This document shows positions 10,408-20,262 of a stretch of DNA of 56,048 nt, in pieces. Both the position numbers and the translations under genes were made by a program. Under the pieces are notes generated by a model that was not told where the DNA came from, did no database searches, and saw only the letters and a program-made list of their open reading frames with translations. Numbering within the stretch: the stretch's first letter is position 1; each line of letters begins with the position of its first letter. Source of the DNA: an uncultured archaeon (GTDB lineage: Archaea > Asgardarchaeota > Thorarchaeia > Thorarchaeales > Thorarchaeaceae); assembly GCA_964590575.1 (NCBI GenBank), contig CAZPWM010000007.1, forward strand, positions 1 through 56,048, written 5' to 3'.

Positions 10408-12720
10408 GTGGATTCACCGAAAGTTCTATTCGAAATAGAAGATGACAAGAGCACGAGCGCTATTGCAGTTGGAGATGTCACTGGGAATGGTACTGCAGAG
10501 CTCTGTACTGGCGGTCGTGATGGTGTCCTTCGACTCTATGATGCTAATACGAGTGAGATTGCATTTCTTGCACAGCATGATGTCGGAGGGAGCATTCTCT
10601 CGATCAAAGTAGCTGATGCAAATAACGATGGACGAATGGAGCTTGTCGTCGGTCGTGCGATAGGAAGTGGTGAAGTACCAGGAGTGGCTGGAACTGTTCA
10701 AGTATTTCGTTTTGCTCCCAGTGGCCAGCTTGAGAAACTAGCTGAATTTGCAGTTGACCGCTTTGCAACAACTGTTTATGTTACCGATGTGACAGGTGAT
10801 GAGAAGAACGAGATTCTGGTTGGCGGTAGTGACTCCACACTCAGAATTCTCCAGATGGACAATGCGAATAACATCACCGAGTTTGTTAATCACAAGCTTG
10901 ATGATATGCCCATTGCAATTGGAACATGTGATGTCATTGGTGATGAGATAGAAGAGATTGTCACTGGAAACAGAGACCGCACACTCAGGATATTCAAGGT
11001 TCGGGACCACTCTGTTGATCAGATAGAGGTTATCGAACTACCCAGTCCAGTCATCTCTGTAGCAGCGGGTGATATCTTAGGCGACAGAAAGATGGAGCTT
11101 GGAGTTGTTACTCATGATGGTTCAATTCGTGTGTATAGAAACGAAGAGAGTAAGCTCGACCTATTCGCGAAACTTGAGAATGTGCATGCTTTGTCACTCA
11201 GAATTGAAGAGCTCAATGCGGACCATCAAGATGAGATTGTTGTAGCCACCTCTGATTTCAAGATTAATTTCTATAGCCTTCATATGGCAGACCTCAATCT
11301 AATAGCTTCTGTCGATATTGGGAAGAAAATCCTTTCCATTTGTGTTGGCGATGCAGGCGGCGATGGCCGAAAAGAGGTGCAAGTGGGTGTTTCTGATGGT
11401 CCACTGAAGGTTATTGAAGGCCTTTACAAAATTATTCCAACATTCGAAGTTAATCCTGAGGCAAAAGCCGGTACAGATCTCAGAGGAAACGTCACTGTCT
11501 ACAATGTCAGCGATCAGCCAATTACTGGAATATCTGGCAAGATCTATTGGTTCCCAAAGGACCACATGGATGTCGACCCACAACAACTCCGTTTTGATCT
11601 AGCTCCTGGAGAGAAGAAATCAGTCGAGGTTCATTTGATTCCTAAAGAAGAGGGCACTGTGATTATTCGACCCATTGTCCTGATGTGGACAGACACGAGT
11701 GGTCAGGTTAGACAGGTCACAACTCCGGAAACAGCTATTCTTGTCGAGAAAGGTGCATCTGTGGCTGCAGCAGCAGAGATAGCTCCAGTACCAGTAGAAC
11801 AGATCGTAACTTATGAACCTAAGGACATGATAGTCGATGAATCGCTATTTGGACCCGCTGTTGGGACCGGTTTTGGAGATGCGGCTATGAAAGACAAAGC
11901 TTCTGAGATATTGCACTCGACAATGTCTGATGATGGTGCAGATTCGCTAAAGGCTGCTGAGGATCTTCTCGATCAACTCTTTGGTGTTGAAGAAACTGGG
12001 GCTGCTATGTCTGGGATTGATGACATTGTAGCACTCGCAGCAGAACCAACTCCTACAGAAACTGTTATGACTGCTGCCGTTTCCGATTCTGAGAGCCAAT
12101 TTATCACAGAGATACGAAATCGGAGACCAAAGGCTCCACAACCTGGAACTGCCCCAGATTCATACCAGTTCCTGTTTAAGACAATGGTGATTGGAGAAGG
12201 TGCTGTCGGAAAGACTACACTAGTTAATCGATATGTAACTGGAGTTTTCGAACGAGACTACAAGACAACAATAGGAAGTCAGTTCGCCGTCAAACTCACC
12301 CATATCTCTCCGCCAGAGAGAGAGTACGCTACTGGTATCAAACTCCAGGCCTGGGACGTCGCCGGACAAGCGCGATTCAAGGCTGTGCGGAAGATGTACT
12401 ACTCTGGAGCAGCAGGTATCATTTTGGTGTTCGACGTCACGCGACGTCGCTCATTCACAGAGCTAGCCAAGTGGATCGAAGAAGCTGACGAGTCTGTTGG
12501 CACAAGAGTGCCAATGATCTGTGTGGGTAACAAAACAGATCTACCCGACCGTGCAGTGCCAGCTGATGAAGCAAAACGCTGGGCTGAGGATCAAGGGTTC
12601 CTATACATGGAATCATCAGCAAAAACCGGTGAGGGTGTGGCGGACATGTTCACGGTACTGGCTGAGGTCATGTGGCGAGAAGCCCGGAAGCATCAGGAAG
12701 ATAAGAAGTCTTCAATGTAG
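10408..12720 (+). CDS. FG-GAP/VCBS 7-bladed beta-propeller + Ig-like domain + Rab-type small GTPase fusion
   Basis: Seven DxxGDxxxE repeats, then a beta-sandwich, an acidic linker and a GTPase with G1 GEGAVGKT, G3 WDVAGQ, G4 NKTD, G5 ESSAK. Probable GTG start at 10408 after GGAAGGT; the ORF track starts at 10264. Confidence 0.88.
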   Translation: MDSPKVLFEIEDDKSTSAIAVGDVTGNGTAELCTGGRDGVLRLYDANTSEIAFLAQHDVGGSILSIKVADANNDGRMELVVGRAIGSGEVPGVAGTVQVFRFAPSGQLEKLAEFAVDRFATTVYVTDVTGDEKNEILVGGSDSTLRILQMDNANNITEFVNHKLDDMPIAIGTCDVIGDEIEEIVTGNRDRTLRIFKVRDHSVDQIEVIELPSPVISVAAGDILGDRKMELGVVTHDGSIRVYRNEESKLDLFAKLENVHALSLRIEELNADHQDEIVVATSDFKINFYSLHMADLNLIASVDIGKKILSICVGDAGGDGRKEVQVGVSDGPLKVIEGLYKIIPTFEVNPEAKAGTDLRGNVTVYNVSDQPITGISGKIYWFPKDHMDVDPQQLRFDLAPGEKKSVEVHLIPKEEGTVIIRPIVLMWTDTSGQVRQVTTPETAILVEKGASVAAAAEIAPVPVEQIVTYEPKDMIVDESLFGPAVGTGFGDAAMKDKASEILHSTMSDDGADSLKAAEDLLDQLFGVEETGAAMSGIDDIVALAAEPTPTETVMTAAVSDSESQFITEIRNRRPKAPQPGTAPDSYQFLFKTMVIGEGAVGKTTLVNRYVTGVFERDYKTTIGSQFAVKLTHISPPEREYATGIKLQAWDVAGQARFKAVRKMYYSGAAGIILVFDVTRRRSFTELAKWIEEADESVGTRVPMICVGNKTDLPDRAVPADEAKRWAEDQGFLYMESSAKTGEGVADMFTVLAEVMWREARKHQEDKKSSM

Positions 12721-12725
12721 GTCAA

Positions 12726-13331
12726 CTAATCGGGCACCTTCCAAGAGCCTGCTCCTTGATCGAATGCAGCCAAGTCACTCTTTGAATCAAGTATGTTCGA
12801 GATTGCCTGTCGTAAATTCTTAGGAGAAATAGGCCCCACAACTAGCGCAGAGAACGCACCAATTATGTACGAGTTTAGAACGTAGGTAGAGCCTAGCTTC
12901 TTCAAGATAGGTTCTGTATCCAATATGTACACGTGTTTACAGATTGATTCCAGCTCCTCTTGGATATCCTCAATCCTTGGGTAACTCAGGTCTCCTGAAG
13001 TGACGTTTGCGGGCGGCACAGGCGTCATGCTCACTATCGCAATCGTCTTATTCTCAGCGTATCTCGTGGCTGCTCGTAGTGCTTCAACTGGTTCAAAGCC
13101 AAGTAAAACATCGACCGCTCCTTTAGGTATCAGGGGTCCCCAGTCCTGTTTTCCTATTCTGATATGGGTAACAACACCGCCTCCTCTGCGCGATGCACCA
13201 AATGTGTCTCCCACTACTGGTCGAAGACCCTGTAGCACTGCAGCTTCTGCGATGATCCTTCCGCAGACAAGGTTTCCCTGCCCTCCAACGCCCGCGACCA
13301 TAATAGAATAAGGATCGCTCACTTCACTCAC
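12726..13331 (-). CDS. iorB: Indolepyruvate:ferredoxin oxidoreductase beta subunit
   Basis: AGVGGQG, GASRRGGGV and GFEPVEA motifs; adjacent to iorA. Likely GTG start near 13331; the ORF track extends to 13424 inside iorA. Confidence 0.88.
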   Translation of the reverse strand: MSEVSDPYSIMVAGVGGQGNLVCGRIIAEAAVLQGLRPVVGDTFGASRRGGGVVTHIRIGKQDWGPLIPKGAVDVLLGFEPVEALRAATRYAENKTIAIVSMTPVPPANVTSGDLSYPRIEDIQEELESICKHVYILDTEPILKKLGSTYVLNSYIIGAFSALVVGPISPKNLRQAISNILDSKSDLAAFDQGAGSWKVPD

Positions 13332-15180
13332 TCTCCACGATAGCTCCGTGAGGGCATACAGCAATGCATGAACCACACTGTACACATACATGGTCCAGTA
13401 CAACAGGATAGTTGGTTTCAACATTCCAAATCAGTGCTGGACATCCAAAGTCTGTAGCGCAGATTTTGCACTTCTCTCTTTTACACAGATTTTTCTCAAT
13501 CCTTACTGATGTACCACCCGCAAATCTTGGTTTCCTCTTTGTTTCCTCAAGTCTGCACACGCTGTCCAGCAATAGAACCTTCAGTCCTTCTTTCTGTAGA
13601 GTGGAATGAAGCAGGTCCGTGAGAGATTTGATGTCTACAGCATTTCCCGTTGAGAAGTAGTCCGGCTCAATTGCACTTACCAGTTTCTCAATCTGGACTC
13701 TCCTCAGGTTTTTGCCTTGATTGTGTGAACCCGGATGTACCTGAAAACCGGTCATAGCTGTGGTAGCATTATCGAGTATGACGAATGTTAGGTCTGCATT
13801 CTTGTGTTTTGCATTGATGAGACCTGGCAAACATGCATGAAAGAAGGTCGAGTCTCCAGCCACACTTACTACCTTTGAGTCAAAACCAAATCTTTGAAGT
13901 TGCCCCAAACCAGTACCGACACCAATGCCTGAGCCCATCGCCTGCATTGTATCCATTGCTTCATCGTAGAACACTCCAAGAGAATAGCATCCAATGTCTC
14001 CGGCAACAAAGAGTTTTCCGCCAAGCCGTTTCTTCACGGTTCGAATAGCCCAGTAGAAGTTGCGATGAGTGCATCCCGCACAAAATGTTAGTGGTCTATC
14101 TATAATGAAACTTGACGCTTGGCTTTCTTTTTTAGCTGGCACCTTAGTCTCTTGTCCAGTCAGCTTCAAGAGAGCTGTCAAAACCACATCTACGTTCATT
14201 TCACCATATCTTGGGATGTGACCGGTTCTTTTTCCAAAAAATTGTGGTCTTTCGTTCGCTTCGACAGAGAGTGACCTTATTTCATCCTCCAAGAAAGGAT
14301 CATTCTCCTCAACAAATAGAACCCGGTCAACGCTTTTCATGAGATTTGTGACAAATTTCCTAGGCAAAGGATAAGTTGTTACCAGATTCAGGTGACCAAT
14401 CTTGTCAGACTCAAGATATTGTATGGCTTCCTTGATGTACATTGAACTAATGCCACTTGAGAGTACCAAGAGGCTTACATCTTCAATGTTGGTTCCAACG
14501 TTGAATGATGAGCCTTCAAAATCTTCTTCCACTTTATCCATTTTCTCTAATAGGTCTCGATGTCTCAAGTGCGGTGATGGTACGTTATAGAGCCGGTCCG
14601 GTAACTCTTGGGTTTTCTTTTTCTTCGTGGGTATCGTTCCAGTGAGAACCAATCCTCTAGAGTGTGAGAGTCTTGTTGTGCTTCGAACCAGCACAGGAAC
14701 TTGGTATTTCTGAGAGAGAGTGAATGCTTCTCTTGTGGCGTCCTTCGCCTCTTGGTAGGTTGATGGCTCCAGTAATGGAATCTTAGCCGCCTTTGCATAA
14801 AATCTAGAATCTTGTTCATTACTTGAACTGTGACCCTTTGGGTCGTCACAGACGACGATTATGAGTCCTCCCTTACCGGAGCCCGAGAGATTGAGGTTTA
14901 GTAGAAAATCTGAAGCAACATTCAAGCCCAGCGATTTCATAGAGCAGAGAGCTGGGATTCCCATCCAGCTTGCAGCTGCAGCAGCTTCCATAGCCACCTT
15001 CTCATTCGTAGACCATTCAACATAGATGTCGAATTTATCAGCCACCTCGAAAAGGCTTGTAGCAATCTCAGTCGATGGCGTTCCCGGATAGGATGCACAG
15101 AATCCAACACCCGCTTCTAATGCACCTCTTGCTATGGCTTCGTTACCACTCATAATAGTGCCGCGCGTGATTTCGCTCAT
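13324..15180 (-). CDS. iorA: Indolepyruvate:ferredoxin oxidoreductase alpha subunit
   Basis: GNEAIARGA, YPGTPSTE, NEKVA, EQDSR, FCAGCTHR, GDIGCY, GDSTFFH and a C-terminal ferredoxin Cys motif. Confidence 0.93.
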   Translation of the reverse strand: MSEITRGTIMSGNEAIARGALEAGVGFCASYPGTPSTEIATSLFEVADKFDIYVEWSTNEKVAMEAAAAASWMGIPALCSMKSLGLNVASDFLLNLNLSGSGKGGLIIVVCDDPKGHSSSNEQDSRFYAKAAKIPLLEPSTYQEAKDATREAFTLSQKYQVPVLVRSTTRLSHSRGLVLTGTIPTKKKKTQELPDRLYNVPSPHLRHRDLLEKMDKVEEDFEGSSFNVGTNIEDVSLLVLSSGISSMYIKEAIQYLESDKIGHLNLVTTYPLPRKFVTNLMKSVDRVLFVEENDPFLEDEIRSLSVEANERPQFFGKRTGHIPRYGEMNVDVVLTALLKLTGQETKVPAKKESQASSFIIDRPLTFCAGCTHRNFYWAIRTVKKRLGGKLFVAGDIGCYSLGVFYDEAMDTMQAMGSGIGVGTGLGQLQRFGFDSKVVSVAGDSTFFHACLPGLINAKHKNADLTFVILDNATTAMTGFQVHPGSHNQGKNLRRVQIEKLVSAIEPDYFSTGNAVDIKSLTDLLHSTLQKEGLKVLLLDSVCRLEETKRKPRFAGGTSVRIEKNLCKREKCKICATDFGCPALIWNVETNYPVVLDHVCVQCGSCIAVCPHGAIVESE

Positions 15181-15318
15181 TGTATCCCTCACAGATTATC
15201 AGATAGTATTGCTTCACAAAACACTTTCGAATTTTGGCAAATAGTCGGATATCTTATAGTCAGCCATCACCAACTGACGTATTCCAATGATGACGCGAAT
15301 CAGGGCTTCTCTCTTTCT

Positions 15319-15765
15319 CTATCGATATGCAATGTCTAGATTTGTAACAAGCTTTACACATGAACCAATCAAGCAAACGCCAATGGGACAATTGGTATGA
15401 GCAATTTTGTAGAGCTTACGAATCTTTCTCTCATTCACCCCTGCCGGTACAGTTATTTTGGTATCTACATCGATTGTCGTAAAACGACTCTGTCCTGATT
15501 CTTCGTCGGTATCATAGTGCCCGACAATCTCCGAATGCAGATCAAAGAGTTCTATGTGTGCCTTTTCCAGCGCGATCTCGAAAATGAGATTCACACATGC
15601 TCCTATAGATGCAAGGAAGAGCTGATGTGGACTAGTTGTTCCAGGGAAGTCCTTTATCATTGTAGGAGGACAGACTGCTGTACTCTGGTATCCACCAAGA
15701 GTGATACTGTGAATCTTTGGCATATCTGTTGAGGTCAGATGCGCCGTGAATGTTGAGTTTCCCAT
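15319..15765 (-). CDS. OsmC/Ohr family protein
   Basis: SPHQLFLASIGAC...AHTNCPI, with both conserved Cys present. Confidence 0.82.
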   Translation of the reverse strand: MGNSTFTAHLTSTDMPKIHSITLGGYQSTAVCPPTMIKDFPGTTSPHQLFLASIGACVNLIFEIALEKAHIELFDLHSEIVGHYDTDEESGQSRFTTIDVDTKITVPAGVNERKIRKLYKIAHTNCPIGVCLIGSCVKLVTNLDIAYR

Positions 15766-16037
15766 TCTTTTTCATATCTCCTTTTGTGGGATGCGTTGAG
15801 AATTGCTTTGGCAACCCCAGGCTATAACGAATCATAATCCAAATTAAATGTACGTAAATAGACATAGAATGAACAAAATCGAACATATTTCAGATGTTGT
15901 TCACAGTACGAGATGACTGACAATTATATGCTCCAATTTCAATAATGCAATAAAGCCTAGGATTTTTTTAGATTTTCATTTATATTGGGAGTACCTACGG
16001 GAAGGAAAAAAAAGGGGAGTAAACAGCTCGTTAATGA

Positions 16038-17117
16038 GTGCAAATGCCTGAAGAACGAGAAAGCGAAACAAAAACAAAGAAGATCACATCTCTTCTCTCC
16101 ATCTCTCATGATAAGGATGTGGATGGATTAAACTCTGCCGCCATAGTTTGGAGATATGCAAAAGCAAAGGGTCTCGACTTCAAGGTGGTTCTTACTGATT
16201 ATGGCTCATTTGAACAGGTATTCTCTGCTGTTTCCAGAGAGCGGGATACTCTGATAATCATCACTGATCTTGGTATGGATGACACGACTATTGATGCTGT
16301 ACAAACCGGGCTGGCCAGAGCAATCTCGCAGGGATGCCGGGTAGTATGGCTGGACCATCACCACTGGTCGGATCAATCAATCAAGGTGATTCTCTCTCTT
16401 GGGAACAAACCAGTATTGAAAGTTAATCATGAGTTTTGTGCGGCAGAAATAACTCACAAGGTACTTATGCCGCGCGACGAGGTTTCTGAAGAGCTAGCAA
16501 AGATTGCTCATGATACAGACTTCAACCTTCGAGAAATTGAGGAAGCTACTGCACTCACTGATGCAGTCAGTGTTATTCGCTTCGGCGCTATTGACAAAAA
16601 GGAAGATGTAACAGATACTATCTATCCCCTCCTCACAAAATTGGCTGAAAGCGGGATGAATGGAGTGTGGGATAAAGATACACACAAATTCAAGGACCCT
16701 CTTCTACACAAACGTGTTGATCACTACAGAAAAGAGAAGGCAAAGAAGATGAGGAAAGCTCTCTCTGGACACAATGATCAGGTCATCCATGGAAAACTCG
16801 TACGAATTGTGGAGATTCCGACAGGTGTTACTTCTACAGATATGGGTACTTTCGCTTCAAACCAAGAGAACTTGACCTCTATTGATTCTGAGCTTAGAGT
16901 TGCAGATCTCTTGCTCTCCCTCAGTCAAGGAGGTATGCTTGGCTTTAGGAGAGGCAGTGATGGGGTGCTATGCAATGCAGCGGCGAAAATGTTCAATGGA
17001 GGTGGACATCCGTATGCTGCAGGGGGCGAATATGGTCTCTACGAGGACTTCCAGGCTGTTAGTGATGACATATTTCTAACTCTCTCGAAGAGTAAAGCAT
17101 GGATGTCTGATTCTTAA
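16038..17117 (+). CDS. DHH/DHHA1 family phosphoesterase
   Basis: HDKDVDG, ITDLG, LDHH and GGGHPYAAG motifs. Confidence 0.88.
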   Translation: MQMPEERESETKTKKITSLLSISHDKDVDGLNSAAIVWRYAKAKGLDFKVVLTDYGSFEQVFSAVSRERDTLIIITDLGMDDTTIDAVQTGLARAISQGCRVVWLDHHHWSDQSIKVILSLGNKPVLKVNHEFCAAEITHKVLMPRDEVSEELAKIAHDTDFNLREIEEATALTDAVSVIRFGAIDKKEDVTDTIYPLLTKLAESGMNGVWDKDTHKFKDPLLHKRVDHYRKEKAKKMRKALSGHNDQVIHGKLVRIVEIPTGVTSTDMGTFASNQENLTSIDSELRVADLLLSLSQGGMLGFRRGSDGVLCNAAAKMFNGGGHPYAAGGEYGLYEDFQAVSDDIFLTLSKSKAWMSDS

Positions 17118-18091
17118 ACTACTTCTTTCTCTCTCCGCGTCATCTGATCTAAAACCTGAATAAAATCGAAGCCATCTTCAAATAGCCTGTCAAAGGTTTT
17201 GATTGCATCATCAACGAGTCCGGGATTGTCTCTCCTATGAATAAGAGCTGCAACATTAGACTCTACACCATGAGTTAAGTAGAGAAGCATTTTATCTTCA
17301 TTCAGGCTGACAATTCTGTATGTCTTAATAGGCTCGCGTGTAAATCTAGCTTCAAGATTACCCGTCTTCATAACTTGTGAGAATGCATCAACAATTGGAG
17401 CGACATGCAATGCCATTGTCCTCAGATGGTTACTCTCTTGCCCGGATGGAGTAAGTAGACCCCGAACTCTGACACCCCTGAAACACGTTTCTAGGAGTTT
17501 CAGTTCAGTCACGCCACTTGGTCCTAGTCCATCTTCTAAGGTACTCATGTGAGCTAGGACTCGAATGAGATCGCCTTCCTTTGCTACATCTCCAATCTCT
17601 CGAATAATGGTACTTCTAACATTCTCGATGCCTTCAATCATTACCGATTTATCTATAATGGATTGGCCAGCAAGTTGGTGATGCAACATAAGAGCAAGCT
17701 GTTGAGCTCTGACAGATTTAAGCCGATTGAGTCTAGTCGTCAGCTCTTGCCTCTTTGTCAGACTTTCTGATAACTTATCTTGTCGTTTTGCTTCTAGTGC
17801 TTCTGCTACAACCCCTTCATTGATAGTGTATGTTCTCGGAGTATGAATAGTATCTACGCTGACGAATCCACTTTCTTCCAGATCATGCAATCGTCTGTAG
17901 ATGTATGCTTTTGTATACTTTTTACCGGTGACTAGCTCAAGACTACTTGATATGTTCCCATACTTTGCAGGTTTGTCGGTACCTCCTGCTGCCATGAGAA
18001 TCGCTTGAAATACCTGCATATGACTTGAGGTCATGTCAATACCAAGCCTTTCGAGATTATTTTGGAACTTCTTACCTGCCACAATATTCAC
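17114..18091 (-). CDS. TrmB-like transcription regulator (wHTH + coiled coil + PLD-like effector domain), paralog 3
   Basis: KAYIYRRLHDLEESGFV HTH, coiled coil, C-terminal NPGLVDDAIKTFDRLF. Confidence 0.72.
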   Translation of the reverse strand: MNIVAGKKFQNNLERLGIDMTSSHMQVFQAILMAAGGTDKPAKYGNISSSLELVTGKKYTKAYIYRRLHDLEESGFVSVDTIHTPRTYTINEGVVAEALEAKRQDKLSESLTKRQELTTRLNRLKSVRAQQLALMLHHQLAGQSIIDKSVMIEGIENVRSTIIREIGDVAKEGDLIRVLAHMSTLEDGLGPSGVTELKLLETCFRGVRVRGLLTPSGQESNHLRTMALHVAPIVDAFSQVMKTGNLEARFTREPIKTYRIVSLNEDKMLLYLTHGVESNVAALIHRRDNPGLVDDAIKTFDRLFEDGFDFIQVLDQMTRREKEVV

Positions 18092-19005
18092 CCCTCGAAG
18101 TCTAGTATATCTGTTCCCAATTCATAATCTCTGTCAAAGGCTTTAATGGCGTTGTCAACCAATTCGGGATTGGCACTTCTTGGTATCCACGTTGCTGAGA
18201 GCGGACTCTCAGAAACAATTAGCACAATCCCCTCCGTATTGCGTGCTATGAACTCATAGGTTGAGTCCTTTCTTGGAAAGACTCTGTATCCAACCTTCCC
18301 ACCTGCATCACGCCAATCTTTAATCCTCTTTCTATATCTGTCACGGATTTCCTTCTCGCACCTATTATGATCAATAGATCGGAACTCTATACCTTTTAAC
18401 GCCCAGTTGTCTACGCTTCTCAGTCTTTGTGGGTCCATATAGTCATGTTCGGACAACCACTCCAAGGTGATTCGAATGACGGCGCCCTTCTTGAGACCTC
18501 TGTACACCTTATCATCAAGCAATTTCACAATGTTCTCCCATCCTTGGGCAAAGTCTGGTTTCTCAACTTTCTTTTTCCCAGTTGCAAGGTCAATTACGCT
18601 GGTTGCCATGGTGTCAGAGTTCATATTTGATAGAACGTCCACCTCTGAATCAATCTGTTTAAGCTCTTTTTCAAGTGTCTTAGTACTCTTAGAAATTAAG
18701 TTTACCAGTGCTTTCTCAATAATTGCTATGCTGGATGTATATCCGTGTTTGTGACCCTCCTTGTCAATCCTAACAAATCCCTCTTTTTCAAGCGTAGAGA
18801 GACTCCTGTATATTAGAGAATCTTTCCCTTTTCTTGATCCTTCATCTGAGGCAAGCTGCTTTCGTATAGTTTCGAAATCAATGAAATCGGAGGGTAATTT
18901 CTGCGCCTTGAGCAACGCACCTAGAACAATCATGTCCTTTCTGGTTCTATCTAGCCCAATTATTTCAAACACTTGTTCATGTTGAAATTCGGTTGTCACC
19001 CTCAT
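18088..19005 (-). CDS. TrmB-like transcription regulator, paralog 2
   Basis: SLIYRSLSTLEKEGFV HTH; C-terminal NPELVDNAIKAFDRDY. Confidence 0.72.
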   Translation of the reverse strand: MRVTTEFQHEQVFEIIGLDRTRKDMIVLGALLKAQKLPSDFIDFETIRKQLASDEGSRKGKDSLIYRSLSTLEKEGFVRIDKEGHKHGYTSSIAIIEKALVNLISKSTKTLEKELKQIDSEVDVLSNMNSDTMATSVIDLATGKKKVEKPDFAQGWENIVKLLDDKVYRGLKKGAVIRITLEWLSEHDYMDPQRLRSVDNWALKGIEFRSIDHNRCEKEIRDRYRKRIKDWRDAGGKVGYRVFPRKDSTYEFIARNTEGIVLIVSESPLSATWIPRSANPELVDNAIKAFDRDYELGTDILDFEG

Positions 19006-19022
19006 ACTCCCTCTCTGTCAAA

Positions 19023-20072
19023 TTACCCGCTCTTGTCTTTAGCAAGACTGCTAATTAGTCCTCCGGGTTCTGCACCAAATGATGCCATTTCTTCAGGCGT
19101 CATCTCTAGGAATGATCTAGCCTTCTTCCAGTCCCTATCAAAAGCCTTCACAGCATTATCAATCAGGTCCGGGTTGAAGTCCCTCGTGACCCATGTAGCA
19201 GTAACTGGGTCCTCAGCAATAACTAACGCCATATTGTCCCTGTTTAAGCTCACCTGATTGTATGTTTTTGGACCATCGAAAATCTTAACATCAAACTTTG
19301 CACCTTTCTTTCTTAATTCGCGTACCTGCACCATCAACACAAGTGCTTCCTTGAGATTGAGTGCTGGATCGTCTAGCTCTTTCAGTGTGAAAACGTCCTT
19401 TGATAACATATACCTAACATCTGCTCCCCTCATGGCGGCTTCAACAAATTTTTTGGAACGTTCCACAAGTGCACCATCTATGAAAGGTCCCACCCAAAGG
19501 ACTGTTGCTCGAACTATGTCTCCCTTCTTTGCCACATCAAGCATGTTGAATTTTAAGACCCTATGAAGCTCTTCAACACCACGCACAACACGTGAACTGA
19601 TTTTTTGCTGAGCTCCTGTCACAGTCTTTACTAACTGCTGAGCAAGAATACTACAATCCAATTGAGTAACTTCCTCTAGGGTTTGTACAACCTCATTCTT
19701 TTGAGTTTCAAGCGCAAGAATTCGATCACTCTTTAACTGCTCAAGCCCTGCCATCACAGTGTTTACATCAGCGATGTACTTCTTGCGGTGGGCTGATGGA
19801 TTCTCCACACGTACCAACTGAGATTCCACCAGAGATTTGAGCACTCTATGGACCCATGCTTTTGTTAACTTGGACTGTGGTTCATCTTTTTGCAACTGAC
19901 CATAGATATCTGTAAACGTCAAGGGGATGGGCGGATCGGTTTGGAGTTTGAGAATGATGCTTAACAGATTCATCAGACGGGACTCTTGCCGATCTCCGAT
20001 CATAAATCCACAGAGCTCAAGTGCTTCTGAGAGTCCTTCATCTTCTGTCATAAAACACCCCTCCTTACTCAT
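19023..20072 (-). CDS. TrmB-like transcription regulator, paralog 1
   Basis: KAWVHRVLKSLVESQLV HTH; AAMRGADVRY; NPDLIDNAVKAFDRDW. An alternative start MTEDE at 20051 follows GGAGGGGTG. Confidence 0.72.
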   Translation of the reverse strand: MSKEGCFMTEDEGLSEALELCGFMIGDRQESRLMNLLSIILKLQTDPPIPLTFTDIYGQLQKDEPQSKLTKAWVHRVLKSLVESQLVRVENPSAHRKKYIADVNTVMAGLEQLKSDRILALETQKNEVVQTLEEVTQLDCSILAQQLVKTVTGAQQKISSRVVRGVEELHRVLKFNMLDVAKKGDIVRATVLWVGPFIDGALVERSKKFVEAAMRGADVRYMLSKDVFTLKELDDPALNLKEALVLMVQVRELRKKGAKFDVKIFDGPKTYNQVSLNRDNMALVIAEDPVTATWVTRDFNPDLIDNAVKAFDRDWKKARSFLEMTPEEMASFGAEPGGLISSLAKDKSG

Positions 20073-20083
20073 TTATGAGTAAG
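20064..20083. promoter_or_regulatory. Perfect palindrome, candidate operator
   Basis: CTTACTCAT-TT-ATGAGTAAG (9-bp arms) at the start of the regulator operon. Confidence 0.55.
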
Positions 20084-20132
20084 ACTCTAAAATCATCGAC
20101 TTACTAACTTTATGGCTGTATACAACCACGCC

Positions 20133-20158
20133 ATATATATATGATGTTCATCATATAT
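20133..20158. promoter_or_regulatory. TATA-like element overlapped by a perfect palindrome
   Basis: ATATATAT at 20133-20140; ATATATGATG-TT-CATCATATAT (10-bp arms) at 20137-20158. Confidence 0.55.
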
Positions 20159-20196
20159 CTTTCTCAGCAGTTGTCCGCTGCTAACTCCGGGTGCGG

Positions 20197-20262
20197 ATGC
20201 TTTACGGTAATCCACACAACGGGCATGGTACAGGGCTTGCTGGTGAAACCCATCAGCACTGA
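20197..20262 (+). CDS. Candidate 21-aa His/Gly-rich peptide MLYGNPHNGHGTGLAGETHQH (or part of an sRNA)
   Basis: ATG 20197 to TGA 20262. The stop abuts a strong terminator hairpin and a TATA-like element lies upstream. GGGTG sits only 3 nt before the ATG, which is weak SD spacing. Confidence 0.35.
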   Translation: MLYGNPHNGHGTGLAGETHQH

